Shown: piece after piece, positions 11,638 to 22,669 of the stretch
Layout: each line of letters starts with the position of its first letter
Position numbering within the stretch: the stretch's first letter is position 1
NCBI GenBank assembly: GCA_037447605.1
Contig: CM074809.1
Span: 362,689-426,688, forward strand
Origin: Zygnema circumcarinatum SAG 698-1b
Taxonomy: Eukaryota; Plantae; Zygnematophyceae
Length of the DNA: 64,000 bases
Direction of reading: 5' to 3'
Program-made: the position numbers and the translations under genes
Notes under the pieces: model-generated
The model's input: only the letters and a program-made list of their open reading frames with translations
What the model was told of the DNA's origin: nothing
Databases searched by the model: none

Positions 11638-12240
11638 AGGGGGTCTCAGACTTAAACAAAACTTGGTAATCGTACAGCTTGGTAATTGGTAATCGGGGAT
11701 AGAGAAATTGGTAATAATGATTACTTTGCCGAACCTGTGCCGAACCAAATGCAAGTCAACGCTGGTAATCGTACAAGTCCGAAATTGGTCATGGGCGCCC
11801 CAGGACTTGGTAATCGTACAGCCTATCACCAGAAACTTATCACCACCCAAAACGGTGGTTTTCGGTCTCCGCGAAAGGAAATGGTAATGAAACGGGCGTC
11901 ACCATGACGTCCACACCCCGGCCTGACATCCCCCTCCCCGCCCGCCGCCACAGGGGTCCGGGTTTGCAATTCAAAATTGCGGCATCTGACGTCAGGTATC
12001 GGCGATCTACCCGCGCCGTTCGCAGCCTTTTTTTAAGTTTGAGACCCCCCCGCGCGGGCGAAGTTGGTCATCGCGCCTTTGGAAATTGGTCATACCGGCA
12101 AATGCGGAGTGGTGATAAAGTCACGTCGCGTCACGATCACGGTTACGTTCGGGGGGCGCGAGACTGGTGAAGTTGACTCGAAAACTTGGTAATCGTACAG
12201 CTTGGTAATTGGTAATCGTTTTTTAAGTCTGAGACCCCCT
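11638..12240. mobile_element. 603-bp non-autonomous TIR element (PIF/Harbinger-like MITE)
   Basis: Perfect 19-bp TIRs (AGGGGGTCTCAGACTTAAA at 11638-11656, reverse complement at 12222-12240) are flanked by a 3-bp duplication ATT (11635-11637 and 12241-12243). The interior has many TGGT(A/C)AT motifs and no ORF with recognisable similarity. Confidence 0.85.
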
Positions 12241-12663
12241 ATTGAAATTGAACATCGTGTCCTGGTACCGGTAGGTCTAGAGTTCGATCTCTGCTGGAGG
12301 CGTGTTTGCTACACAGCCCGAGCGAGCGAGGGAGGCCCTGCTTGCGGAGAGCGGTGTGTGGCGGCCGCGNNNNNNNNNNTCTTTTTTTCTATCCATCCAT
12401 TTATGCAGCGTCGTTTACTTACCTCTTTCTTCTATTGCAGAAATGGATCCAAGAATTCCTCATCTCTATCCTCATCATCTAGGGTTGAGTCCAGAAGACG
12501 AAGCGTGGAGCGTATTTGATGATGCCTCTTATCTAGTGAAGAAGAATGGATGTATTATAGGAGATGAAGAGCTTAAAAGGACAATATTTGCAGCGGAAAC
12601 GACAATTGAAGATGAAGAGGAACAAAGACGCGACATGCCTATAAAGCCAAGGTATGCTATTGG

Positions 12664-12880
12664 CTTTCTGCTTTCTGCTTTTCACTTTCTGCTTTCTGCT
12701 CTGTGCTTTCTGCTTTTTGCTTTTGGCTTNNNNNNNNNNATTCTGCATTCTGCATTCTGCATTCTGCATTTTGTATTCTGCATTTTGCATTCTGCATTCT
12801 GCATTTTGCATTCTGCATTCTGCATGCTGCATTCTGCATGCTGCATTCTGCATTCTGCATTCTGCATTCTGCATTCTGCT
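12664..12880. repeat. Heptamer microsatellite (CTTTCTG)n grading into (CATTCTG)n in a Crypton intron; repeated at 13603-13743
   Basis: Directly visible tandem 7-mers; they are the source of the spurious MQNAEC and ILHSAFC ORFs. Confidence 0.95.
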
Positions 12881-14455
12881 TGTTGTTTGCTGCTTTCTCT
12901 CTTTCCCTCTTTGCTGCCCGATCTCTCCTTCTCTCCCTCCTTACTTGCTCTCCCCCTCCCCCCCCCTCCCTCCTCCTCCCTCTCTAAATGTCTTTTAGTT
13001 TTTTGTGTCTACAGGATGTTCATTGATCCTAAACGAGGGACTGTTAAGGATAAACTAGCGCTTTCAGACTTTCAAAAGTTATTAAGGTATATGGGGTCAT
13101 TCAACAACGAAACATATTTAAAGTATGGTAGTATGGTAGCTACAGCAAAGGCAATGATGCTTCGAGGAGATGACCAAAGATCAATTCGGTTGGTCGATCT
13201 ATTTATTGATGATATGGCTACAACAGCTATTGGCCCATCTGAATGTACTGTCCTAGGTGTGGTGTCACGTGGGGGGAAAAAGAACTCGGGAGGAGCAGTC
13301 CAATATGGGGCTTCCTTTAGACATTCAGATCCGGAATTTTGCAGTCATGGATGGATATCACGATATTTGTTCCACAGGTTCATTGTATCAGAAGAACCTC
13401 CTCCAGATCTTCGGAGCAACTACCTTTGGTGAGTCTAAACTTATCCAATCAACTATTATTTGTGTATTTTGTTTTATATTTTTGCACAAATGTATTGTTT
13501 TTATTGACACGTTTGTTTGTTGATTTGCAGGTACAAAACCTTATTGTTTCCATCCAAAGACTCCACTGAGGTTGAAATGTGTCGTGAAGCACNNNNNNNN
13601 NNATTCTGCATTCTGCATTCTGCATTCTGCATTTTGTATTCTGCATTTTGCATTCTGCATTCTGCATTTTGCATTCTGCATTCTGCATGCTGCATTCTGC
13701 ATGCTGCATTCTGCATTCTGCATTCTGCATTCTGCATTCTGCTTGTTGTTTGCTGCTTTCTCTCTTTCCCTCTTTGCTGCCCGATCTCTCCTTCTCTCCC
13801 TCCTTACTTGCTCTCCCCCTCCCCCCCCCTCCCTCCTCCTCCCTCTCTAAATGTCTTTTAGTTTTTTGTGTCTACAGGATGTTCATTGATCCTAAACGAG
13901 GGACTGTTAAGGATAAACTAGCGCTTTCAGACTTTCAAAAGTTATTAAGGTATATGGGGTCATTCAACAACGAAACATATTTAAAGTATGGTAGTATGGT
14001 AGCTACAGCAAAGGCAATGATGCTTCGAGGAGATGACCAAAGATCAATTCGGTTGGTCGATCTATTTATTGATGATATGGCTACAACAGCTATTGGCCCA
14101 TCTGAATGTACTGTCCTAGGTGTGGTGTCACGTGGGGGGAAAAAGAACTCGGGAGGAGCAGTCCAATATGGGGCTTCCTTTAGACATTCAGATCCGGAAT
14201 TTTGCAGTCATGGATGGATATCACGATATTTGTTCCACAGGTTCATTGTATCAGAAGAACCTCCTCCAGATCTTCGGAGCAACTACCTTTGGTGAGTCTA
14301 AACTTATCCAGTCAACTATTATTTGTGTATTTTGTTTTATATTTTTGCACAAATGTACTGTTTTTATTGACACGTTTGTTTGTTGTTTTGCAGGTACAAA
14401 ACCTTATTGTTTCCGTCCAAAGACTCCATTGAGGTTGAAATGGGTCGTGAAGCAC
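12740..14455 (+). repeat. Near-identical 853-bp tandem duplication across a 10-N gap
   Basis: 12740-13592 matches 13603-14455 (offset 863). Six substitutions were seen, all in the last ~150 bp. Confidence 0.92.
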
Positions 14456-15275
14456 AATCAAAGTTCATGAAAAAAATCATTGAGCACTTAGATCTCAGCT
14501 GTTCAGGCACCTTGCACATATTCCGTGGCGCGGCAGCAAGGGAATGTTTCGCGCACTCTTGTGGGTTTGATCAAATCCAGGTGGCAGGGAGGTGGGGCCA
14601 AGCTTCAAATAAATCCCTTGCAATCAATTACCTTTCTTCGATTGTCCCTCCAGTCTGTAGGGTGCTTGCAGGATTCAAAAAAGAAGGCGATGATTATTTT
14701 TTGGAGCGTTCTTGTCTTAAACCAAATGAAGCGCTTGTGAATATGGTTTTCCCATTTCTTCCCAACCTTGAAGCTACTGTACAGCAGGTAATATGTCATA
14801 CTGCATGGATCTTTTGGCTGGAAGACAGAGAAAGGGTGTGAAAGAGATTGAGAGGAGGGGAAAGGGTTAACGTTATGTGTTTTTATGTGTAGATTACTCG
14901 TGGAGTGCCTTTTAAGTCGCGGAATCTTTCAGCAGGAGGCTTTGTGGACATGCTGCGTTATTTTGCATGTGTTTTATTGCAAGATGCAGTGTTCGCTCCA
15001 CAAATTCCACTGTTCGCGAATCATCCATTCTTCCAACGGTGAGCAATGGGGATGGTCTTCCTTTTAGGGTTGCTGCTGCTTTCAGGAATGTTATTGCTTT
15101 TCCTGTTGCTGCCCCTTTTGCACTTGCTGCTTTTAGTGCTCCTTTCTCTGCTTCTGCTGCTGCTGCTCCTGTTTCAGCTGCTTTTGCTGTTGTTGAGAAA
15201 ACACTGCTACAACTGTTGTTGCTGCTGCTGTTGTTGAGAAAACACTGCTACAGCTGCTGTTGCTGNNNNNNNNNN

Positions 15276-15362
15276 GCGTGTACAAACCACAAGAGCTCCT
15301 CTGAAGGTGGGTATGGCCAACAATTATCTCTCTGGTCAATTGCCTGAGTATGATAAGGGGAA
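15276..15362 (+). other. Possible exon fragment with a plant-type LRR-like motif
   Basis: One frame reads RVQTTRAPLKVGMANNYLSGQLPEYDKGK and ends at a GTGAGT donor. NNYLSGQLP resembles the LxxNxLSGxIP LRR consensus. It is a single short match between two gaps. Confidence 0.3.
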
Positions 15363-17979
15363 GTGAGTATTATCATCTGAAACCTTTCTTTTTTGGAGAA
15401 GGTATTAGAGGTAGGGCCTATTGCTGAAAATTAGATCGTTCAAAAAAAAGCATTTACTTTAGAAGGGTAAGTGGTGGATACAAAGGTAAGAAGGACGAGA
15501 AGTTTGCTGCCACAGAAAGAGTGAATAAGGGAGGCTGAGATATGGGAATGGAGTAGTTGATTAGCGGATGCGAGTGTGCCTAATTAAATAAATAACTGCG
15601 ACTGATACCTTGTATATTGTTGTGTAGGTGTGCGTGGCCAAGGTAGATGACGATGACTCGGAGCACCTGAAGGACTGCATTGTACTCACTACGCCACCGT
15701 GAGTCTTGGGGGATGCATGGATCACTGAGACGATGATATCAAAGCGCACGCAGGGGATGGAGTTAATGGATGTGTTTGCTGGGAAATACAGGAACTATGG
15801 CGCAGCTTCACGGTGTGGGGGCTAGTGAAGCTTCTGCAGTACTGTTTTGGGGATATCTCTTGTGTGGCTTTCCGCTAATTGGCTTCATGGTGATCTGCTT
15901 CGCACTCTTCTTCTGATGCTNNNNNNNNNNAGTTGTCTAGCAAGCGGAAGGTCGGAGTCGTCATGCAAGTGTGCGTAATTTTAATACAAACGACTGAATG
16001 TTTTCCCTTTTATACTCTTGTGCAGGCGTGCGTGGCCGTGCCAGACGACGATTCGGGGCAGTTGCAGTACTGCATCGTACTCAGTACGGGACGGTGACGC
16101 TGGGGGAGAACTTTGTAGAGCAGTGCTACTACGGGAAGGGGGCCCTCTTCTAGCACTTTGCGGTTCTTAGGCACTTCCAAAATAAGAGCATTCTAAAAAC
16201 CTGCAAGTATCAAATTCGTGTATCGTGAATGGGCAGTTACGTAAATCTGAAATTAGAATTGGACACCCCGGAGGTGGGCAAGGCCCTAGCTGAACTGAGG
16301 GTTGAATTGTGCCTCCACTAGTGAGAAATGGCCGACTCTGTAAATAAAAGGATGGGTTCTGGATGAAAGGCCATGTCAAAACTCAAGACATATGCTGGGG
16401 TCGTTTGTGAGAATTTCAAACGCTTAGAGCAACGGGAGAAGGAGGGAAAGCAGAGAGAGGCAGGAGAGGAAGAGGAGGGATGGAAAGGATGGAGGGAGGG
16501 AGGAGGGAGGGAGGGAGGGAGGGAGGGAAGGAGGGAGGGAGGGAAGGAGGGAGGGAGGGAGGGAGGGAGGGAGGGAGGAGGGAGGGAGGGAGGGAGGGAG
16601 GGAGGGAGAGAAGGGAGGGAGGGAGAGAGGGAGGCGATCTCGAGAGAGACGTGGATTGTTGCCCAAAAGAGTGCCTTCCCCTACCCCACTCTCTACTTCC
16701 TCTCCTTCCCCCTTTCCCTTTCTTTCAGCATTTACTACTTCCTCCCTCTTTGTTACATTCCTTGGCATTGCATAACTGGGAACCACTGTCCATGGTCCTA
16801 TCTCGCCATCACTTGCTGGTAAAACATGGGCGTCTGCGTGAGAGACCAATTTTTTTCTTTTCGCCGATAGTCACATAAATAGAGCGAGAGATAGTGGGGA
16901 GGGGGGGGGGGGGGGGGGACGAGCAGCAGCAACCACAGCAGGCAAAAGGCAAAGAAACACAGCCACACGGAACCAAACGCAACAAACACAAACCAAAAAA
17001 AACCGCGTAACCCCAGAAATCAAAGGCAAATGAACACATTGGTAGCACAAACAAACACATACAAAACCAGATAGGTGCACCTCATGCAAATGACGCAACC
17101 AAACCTGTCCTCGCGTATCCGTATGCGAACAAACACACAAAATACATATATAAAGCGAAAGAATACAATTAAACACACTATATACACAATTACACGCAAA
17201 TAGACCAACCAAATAAATACTAATGCATATAAGAAGTGAAGGACTCGCAACCACACAACCAAACTCAAACGTAACACATGTTAGACAATTAATATTGCAT
17301 GATTCCCTTTTCATGACTTTTGTGCCTTTGGGAAATGAAGGACATGTGTGTAGACACGACCAAAGAATCGCAAAACGCAGAGGAGCTAAGAGCGATTGGT
17401 AATGGAAGTGGCATTGATCTCATGATGCCGAAGCCAAGAAAAGTACGTGGAAAGGAGGTGGAAAGCTACGCCGAGGCACAACAACGCCTACGCTTACGCG
17501 TTTGGTACGAGTCTCCTGATAACCACATGGCTGTGTGCGAGGGTGCAACATGGGCGGGTGCGTGCGAGGCGTCCCTTGGCCGCGGGCCGCGGGCCCGAAG
17601 CGCGGCGGCTACCGGCTACGGCTACGTGTACGCTCGAGTTACAGGTTACATGCTGCGGTTACGGCGGGGGCTACAACGTACGAGGGCTACGGTGTACGGA
17701 CGCATAGAGCCCGAACTCGCGAGGGCGCCACGTAGGCGCCACGTAGGCGCCACATAGGCGCCACGTCGGACAACTGATTCAGTCGTCGCATCGTGACCGC
17801 ACATTGAGCGTGCGAAGCAAAATCGACGGCAGGCGGCGCGCTGCAGGATGTTAGTGAAACTCTAGCTTCTTTCGGTCCCTGCAGCGAATTCGCACGTCCG
17901 TACCATGGTTTTGCGCTGCACCGAGCCGCGTTTTTTGCGGCCCCAACGCTGCAGGCACGTGTGGAGCATAGTGAATACC

Positions 17980-18473
17980 TGTGGAACGGTGCTCGTTACC
18001 ACGTGGCAGCCACGTCGGCGCCACGTTGGCGGAAACGGCCTCATGGAACCCATGGGTCGTCGTCCATTACGACGCCACGTCGGAATAACGGGCTGATGGA
18101 AACCCGCCCTCAGGAGGTGGGTTCTAGGGAACTACGCCTGAGTTTTCCAATCGTGCGCCGCCGCGTGGCGTTGAAGATCCGTTTGAGATGCCACGGGGGT
18201 ACGGCGGCCACGCTGGCGCACAGCCGCCAACGCGCGGTGACCGTAGGTCGGGGTGGCGGCGGCGGCGGTGGCGGCCGTACGGTAGCGCCTCCGCTCAACC
18301 CTTCCCTTTGGCGACGCACGTACGGTAACCGCGGTGGGCCACGGTGGACGAGTAAGTGTGTCCACGTGGCGTCCTTTGATTGGCTCGCGCGACCTCTGAT
18401 GGAACCCGCAATTCTCCCTTCATGACTCTAATCCGATGTGGCGGTACAGGCAAACGCTGATGGAAACCCACCC
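17980..18473 (-). repeat. GC-rich dispersed repeat family, copy 2
   Basis: It carries two GCTGATGGAAACCCRCCC motifs (about 18092 and 18456). The 17980-18110 part is the reverse complement of 47931-48096, and other blocks match 10138-10500. Confidence 0.8.
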
Positions 18474-21400
18474 TTTAACAGCCCACCACGTGGCTGATGT
18501 AGATATGACTGGGACGCCACGGTGGCGGAGATGCCACGTCGGCTGACTGCGGTGACCGCCGGTCAAGGTGACAGGGTCTCGCCGACGCAAGAACGGTAGC
18601 AGCGGTGCGCCACGCTGGAATCCGGAATTGTACCACGTGAAGATCCCTGACTCGACAGAGGCTGTCAGTGAAATTGTAGCTTTTTAGCCATGACTAACTA
18701 GACACTGGTCCGTCCTTTGGTCAGTTCCATGTGTGCTGTAAAACTGCCAACAGTTTATTTAAGCTAGCCATATCTCTGGCTAGCAATGAGGACCACTGAC
18801 TAGTCATGCATGGCTGACTAATGGCGACAAATGGTGACTAAAGTGACTTCCCTTGCTGCACATCAGCCGACGTGCTGTACGGACATCCACCAAACGGAAA
18901 ACGACAAAAAAACTGCGTCCACATGCGCGTAATCGCCGTCCGATTTGCCAGAAGAAAATCAGCCAGCCAATCAGAAGCGCCTATTTGACGTACGGCAATG
19001 TACGGTACATTGCACACAATGTACGGTAGTGTACCATACTGTACGAATGGATTGGCTTACTTGCCGGAACGTTTATTATTTTGGTTCAAATTCCCAAACC
19101 ATATCCATAAGTTGCGCCTTTCAGGATGCCACGTGGCAGAAAAATCTTTTTTGATGAATTTGGGCCTCAAATTCGGATTTTCTGCGCAGCTGAGTGGCAC
19201 CACGTCAGCAGGCATCACGTGGGCAGGCTGACCAGAGCGCGACACGTGTCAGTTGGACCCGGTGTGGAAAATTTTGGGGGCAGATCGGGCAGAAGGAAAT
19301 GTTTTCAATGTAGGTGGTTCCTCAGCCCGTGATTGTCAATACATTTTTTTCTGACCGGACAGTACTCTGAAAAATAAAAAATCTCGCTTTTTCCTAGGCA
19401 GAAGAAATTACTATTGAATTAGATGTTATCTTCCATAGCTATACATATTTCCTAATTTTTTTTTAAGATACGGTAAAAAACTATGGGCATGAAAATTTTG
19501 GATCCGGAATTTTTGTATGGCTTTGGAAAACAATAAGTTTAGGATGGCGGGCAGAAAAAAAAATGTCGGCTCTGCAAGGCGGGCACCGTGCGTGACAGAT
19601 GTCACGCGGCGTCCCCTCCGCCCCTGGTCGCACTTTTTTGCTTTTTGGAGGCGAAAGGGAAGGGAGGCGCCGGCGGGCGCTTTTAGGGTTAGGGTTGGAG
19701 AGAGCAGGGGAGAGAGAGGGGGGGGAAGGGAGAGCGGAGGGAGAACCGGGAGGGAGGGAGAGGGGGGCGAAGGGGGGGGGAGAGAGAGTGGAGGGAGAGA
19801 GGGAGTGGGGGGAGGTAGGGAAGTGTGAGGGGAGGAGAGGGCTGAGAGAGAGGGAGGGTGGTGGGAGACGGGGAGAGAGAAAGGAAGGGGAGGAGGAGAC
19901 GAGGAAAGATCAGAGAGGAAGGGAGGAGGGAGGGAGGGAGGCACGAGGAGAGAGTAGGAAGGGATTTTGTAAAGGACCAGGGGGAGTGTGTGAAGTCTGG
20001 AAGGTAGAGGTGAGATTGGAAGGATTGAGATAAGAACAAGTAGTGAGACAAATTAGGCCTGGGCATAGGGCGAGGACAGAGAGAGAGTGTGAGAGAGAGA
20101 GAGAGAGAGTGAGAGAGAGAAAGAGAAGAGAGAGAGCTGGAGACGAAAAATTATGAGATGTAACATACCAAGTGGACTCATGCACCTCATGCCGACGAGT
20201 CAGGAAATCGCATCCGTGGAAGTCGACGAGTCTCACACATGTCAGATACTCTCGCTTTTTCTGTGTCTCCGTCTTTCTTCCTCTGTCTGCTTCTACCTCT
20301 TCCACCCTCTCTCTGCGCTTCTCCCTCCACACTCTCTTTCCATCTTTCCTCGCCTTCCCTCATCTCTCTTTTTCCCTTTTCTTTTCCCTCGCGCCTTTTG
20401 TCCTCAACTCCCTCCCCATCTCTTTGTCCTCTTTCCCTCTTCCCACATTGTTTTCCCTCTTCACCATCTCTTTCCCGTTCTCCCTCCCACCTACGGCCCT
20501 CTCCCTCGCTTTCCCACCCACCCTCACCCCCCCGCCTCCCTTCCCCCTCTAGTCTAAAGGTTCTTCCTGCCGATTTGTTTGCAGTTGACAGCGCGTCCGC
20601 GGGACTTTGCAAGGGAGGTGGATCTGAAAAACTTCTCTCACTACTCCAGGTACTTCCCTCTCCCCTCTCCCCGCTTCCCGCTTCCCGCTTCCCGCTTCCC
20701 GCTCCCCGCTCCCCGCTCCCAGCTCCCCTCTCCCCTCTCCCTTCTCCCCTCTCCCTTCTCCCCTCTCCCCTCTCCCTTCTTCCCTTCTTCCCTCTCCCCT
20801 CTCCCCTCTCCCCNNNNNNNNNNCCCCACACCAATTCGAACCAGCCGTGGTAGTCTGACAGGTGTCGGTGTATTTGGCAGAGAGAGACATCTGGTGATGT
20901 CGCGACTTTAGCGAGCTCTCCGCAGTCAGGTTACACCTCCCTTCCCTTCTCAATCCCGTCTACCTCTATAGACTCCGGCCTCTTCCCATTCGATTACAAC
21001 CTACCGTCTCTCAATGGCGTGGCGTTCTCTCCCGCCGCCACCTCACAAAAGTGCGTTGTCGCTGCAGGGAATGTCGACCAGGAGCATCCTTCTTCTCTGG
21101 GGGGGGGGTCCGTCAGCTGCGAGCTCTATCCCCAGCAAGAATGCACAGAGGTTCGGGGGTTGTTCATCCCTCTCTGGCCTTCCCTCCTTGCTCTTTGTTT
21201 CTTTCCAATTTTTCATTAGCATGCAGGTTTTTTTTTGGTTTTTTGGTTTGGTTTTTGGTTCGTCCCGTTACTTTTTTTTTTGCAGGGATTCATTTGGGGT
21301 ATTTCCGTGCATGATGCTTGAGGGCTTGGGGTTCTATAGGATGGGCTGCAGCTCGGAGCTGATTCAACTGTTGACTTTCTGCGGGCGGGCTTGTCGCCGC

Positions 21401-21483
21401 TCGCGGCGGGAGAAGAGAGAGGGAGAGAGGCGGGAGTGGGAGAAGAGGCAGAGGAGGGAGATGAGAAGAGGAAAGTGGGGAAG

Positions 21484-22629
21484 ATGGGAGGAGTAGGGCA
21501 GGAGCCGGCTGAGCAGGATCGGTTGAGAGGCCAAAAAAGGTCTGCGGGAGAGGTGGTGCGAGGTGGGGTGGCTGGAATAGGACAAGAATATGTGAAGGAG
21601 GAAGTGACGGATGTTCCTGACTCAAGTGGGGAGTTCGAGTTGGGGGAGACTGCAAGTGGAGGGGGCGGAAGGAATTCGAAAAAGCCGCGACTTGTATGGA
21701 CAGCGGAGCTGCATTCGCGATTCATGAATGCAGTAAATCATTTGGGAGTGAAGAGTGAGAAAGAGGCCCGCCCTGTCAGAAGTGTTTGTACTGTTGTTGA
21801 AGTGGATAGTATTGTTTTTTTGTTATATGTGAAGGAGTCGTATGTGTGCATGCAGTCGTGAGCAGTTTCTGTCAGGTCTGTAGCAATGGATCCTGCATGA
21901 CTATCCAGTCTCAGTAATTGTAAAACACGGCGAAGAAAACTCCTTCAATCCTTTCTGTTAGGTCTGTTTCCTTAAGTTGATGTCTTTTTGACCGGGCAGA
22001 TGCACTGCAGCCGGACACTTTGTGGTATTCAGATTTGTACGACTTCATCTTTTCCTCTGGGAACTGAAACCGTTAAATAGTGCCTTTTTCTGAGAAAAAC
22101 TTTTCTGGGGCTGCAGATGCTGTTCCTAAGACGATTCTGCAACTGATGAATGTGGAGGGAATGACAAGGGAGAATGTGGCGAGCCATTTACAGGTGAGCC
22201 GAGATGCTCGACGTTTTTTTCCGCCACAGAGAAGAGAAATGGGAAAAGATAAAGTAACCTATTTTTACTGGCTCTCGGTGTATGCCAGAGCGAGTGATGG
22301 GCATTTCGACCTTCCACGACTGATTCGACATTGCAGAGCATACATGATATGAGAATGGGGAATATTTGGGTCTCTGCAGAAGTATCGACTTTACTTGAAG
22401 CGGTTAGCAGGGCTACCACCCAGCGCCCGCCTCCCCTCAGATATGATGATGGGAGGGGGCCCCCAGATGCTCTATGGGGGTCATCCTCAGATGGACATGG
22501 GGCATGGCATGATGATGCCTCCCCAAGGCATGCCTATGCATGGCCCTCCACTTCATCAGGTACACCCTCTCCTTCCTTCCCCATTTGCCTTTTGCTAAGA
22601 TCCATCAGTAACGTCACTTCTCGACGTCT

Positions 22630-22669
<40 letters not shown>

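Larger units (their letters stand above)
12441..15038 (+). mobile_element. Crypton-type (CryptonF / Ndc10-domain-II) tyrosine recombinase gene, intron-containing; 5' and 3' limits obscured by gaps
   Basis: Spliced exons 12441-12651, 13015-13428 (second copy 13878-14291), 14394-14787 and 14893-15038. They give DPKRGT..D, MLRGD (R), SRGGKKN (K), RHSDPEFC, RF....EPPPD, HIFR (H-x-x-R), GRW (W), NYL (Y), VLAGF, FPF and GFVDMLRYFACVLLQD, which is the motif order of Crypton tyrosine recombinases. Confidence 0.88.

Noticed and set aside
10778-11692. Several GC-rich ORFs of 90-237 aa on both strands
   Set aside because: They overlap in all frames, no domain is recognised, and they lie within repeat-derived GC-rich sequence where long stop-free runs are expected.
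12533-13737. MQNAEC and ILHSAFC repeat ORFs, and the 376-aa ORF 12302-13432 as a single CDS
   Set aside because: These come from a heptamer microsatellite inside a GT-AG intron. The long ORF reads through N gaps and intron; only the spliced exons are protein-like.
15770-15890. Possible GCR1_C remnant (EIQELWRSF) downstream of the Crypton
   Set aside because: Only a few residues resemble the motif, the frame closes quickly, and a gap separates it from the recombinase.
16373-21300. Glu/Gly/Arg- and Pro/Ser/Leu-rich ORFs upstream of LUX
   Set aside because: They are GGGA/GA and CT simple repeats with no consistent splice structure or homology.
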